Shown here piece by piece: positions 32,713-33,013 of a stretch of DNA of 33,013 bases. The position numbers and the translations under genes are program-made. Source of the stretch: a virus. The notes beneath the pieces are model-generated. The model was not told where the DNA came from. It searched no databases and was given only the letters and a program-made list of their open reading frames with translations. The stretch spans positions 1-33,013 of IMG/VR virus record IMGVR_UViG_3300045988_025432. One strand, written 5' to 3'. Every line of letters starts with the position of its first letter. Position 1 is the stretch's first letter.

Positions 32713-32725
32713 TATGTGCTATAAT
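32713..32725 (+). promoter_or_regulatory. Second copy of the extended -10 promoter TATGTGCTATAAT
   Basis: Exact 13-nt repeat of 31848-31860, directly after a terminator and ahead of a structured non-coding stretch. Confidence 0.5.
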
Positions 32726-32731
32726 TTATAC

Positions 32732-32797
32732 GGCTTTGAGATTAATATCCATTTTGATATTAATCTATGGTAGCTCTGTTTATACAGGGCTTTTTTA
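32732..32797 (+). ncRNA. Candidate small RNA of about 65 nt (promoter to terminator, two hairpins)
   Basis: Predicted TSS about 7 nt after the -10. Perfect 11-bp hairpin AGATTAATATC/GATATTAATCT (32739-32766). Then terminator GCTCTGT/ACAGGGC (32773-32790) plus T6. No SD or plausible ORF inside. Confidence 0.4.
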
Positions 32798-32814
32798 TTT
32801 TCCTAAAAAAGTTC

Positions 32815-32843
32815 TTTACATGTACATACATGTATGTTATACT
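32815..32843 (+). promoter_or_regulatory. Sigma-A-type promoter TTTACA-17-TATACT
   Basis: -35 at 32815-32820, 17-nt spacer containing repeated ACATGTA, -10 at 32838-32843. About 50 nt upstream of the small toxin-like ORF. Confidence 0.5.
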
Positions 32844-32893
32844 ATATATGTGGTCAGATAAAGGCAAGGAATTAATGGAAAGGAGGATAGTCA

Positions 32894-33013
32894 ATGAGCC
32901 ACAAAAAAAGCAATCAGAAAGCAGAAAAGGTCAGTGTCTACTTAGAGATTGCTAAAAATGTTATTGAAATCATCGCATTTACAATAACAATTATAAAGAG
33001 CTTAGGGAATTAA
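32894..33013 (+). CDS. Small hydrophobic peptide (39 aa), Hol-Tox / type-I-toxin-like
   Basis: ATG 7 nt after AGGAGG. MSHKKSNQKAEKVSVYLEIAKNVIEIIAFTITIIKSLGN: polar head then one hydrophobic helix, resembling putative holin-like toxin (Hol-Tox) peptides. Stop at the last three bases of the window. Confidence 0.35.
   Translation: MSHKKSNQKAEKVSVYLEIAKNVIEIIAFTITIIKSLGN

Noticed and set aside
32767-32955. 62-aa ORF from the track at the right end
   Set aside because: It starts inside a hairpin/terminator, runs through a promoter and the leader of the next gene, has no SD, and has an implausible composition. The region is better explained as an sRNA terminator, a promoter, and the 39-aa ORF at 32894-33013.
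1-33013. CRISPR arrays, integrase/repressor lysogeny module, reverse transcriptase/DGR, transposases
   Set aside because: No spaced direct-repeat array, no tyrosine or serine recombinase, no CI/Cro-like pair, and no RT motif was seen in any frame. The lysogeny module, if any, must lie outside this window.

Overview
The window is about 33 kb of a siphovirus-like phage or prophage from a low-GC (about 33-35% GC by eye) Firmicute-type host. Every credible gene is on the + strand. From left to right it contains: a recombination/replication module (ERF annealase, NinB/Orf-like, RusA-like, replisome organizer, dimeric dUTPase, SSB); an ArpU/sigma-region-4-like regulator; a short accessory stretch (tRNA-like gene, ParB-like gene, 7-deazaguanine DNA-modification genes DpdA, QueF-like and QueT); TerS and TerL; portal; a displaced fibre-gene cluster; the head module; the tail module through tape measure, Dit and Tal; holin; a five-gene accessory cassette; a CHAP endolysin; and a small toxin-like gene at the right edge. 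The main finding is an apparent non-canonical translation-initiation system. A tRNA gene at 8105-8180 has bacterial initiator-tRNA hallmarks: a 1:72 mismatch, G2:C71 and C3:G70, A11:U24, discriminator A73 plus CCA, and long stretches matching tRNA-fMet as I remember it. Its anticodon is UAU (reads AUA) instead of CAU. At least 12 genes (RusA-like, replisome organizer, portal, fibre-like protein, major capsid, HK97-gp10-like, major tail, tape measure, Dit, holin, endolysin and a small coiled-coil protein) can only be given a sensible N-terminus and Shine-Dalgarno spacing if they start at ATA. For seven of them there is no in-frame ATG, GTG or TTG between the upstream stop and clearly coding N-terminal sequence. 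Secondary observations are: an in-frame TGA at a conserved Trp of the dUTPase; a frameshift in a G7 tract of the ParB-like gene and a G8 tract nearby; a triplicated, 66-nt-phased 5' end of dpdA; fibre genes relocated between portal and the head-morphogenesis gene; a BclA-C-like accessory cassette separating holin from endolysin; and a promoter/terminator-bounded small RNA candidate. All family assignments come from motifs read by eye. No searches or folding programs were run.
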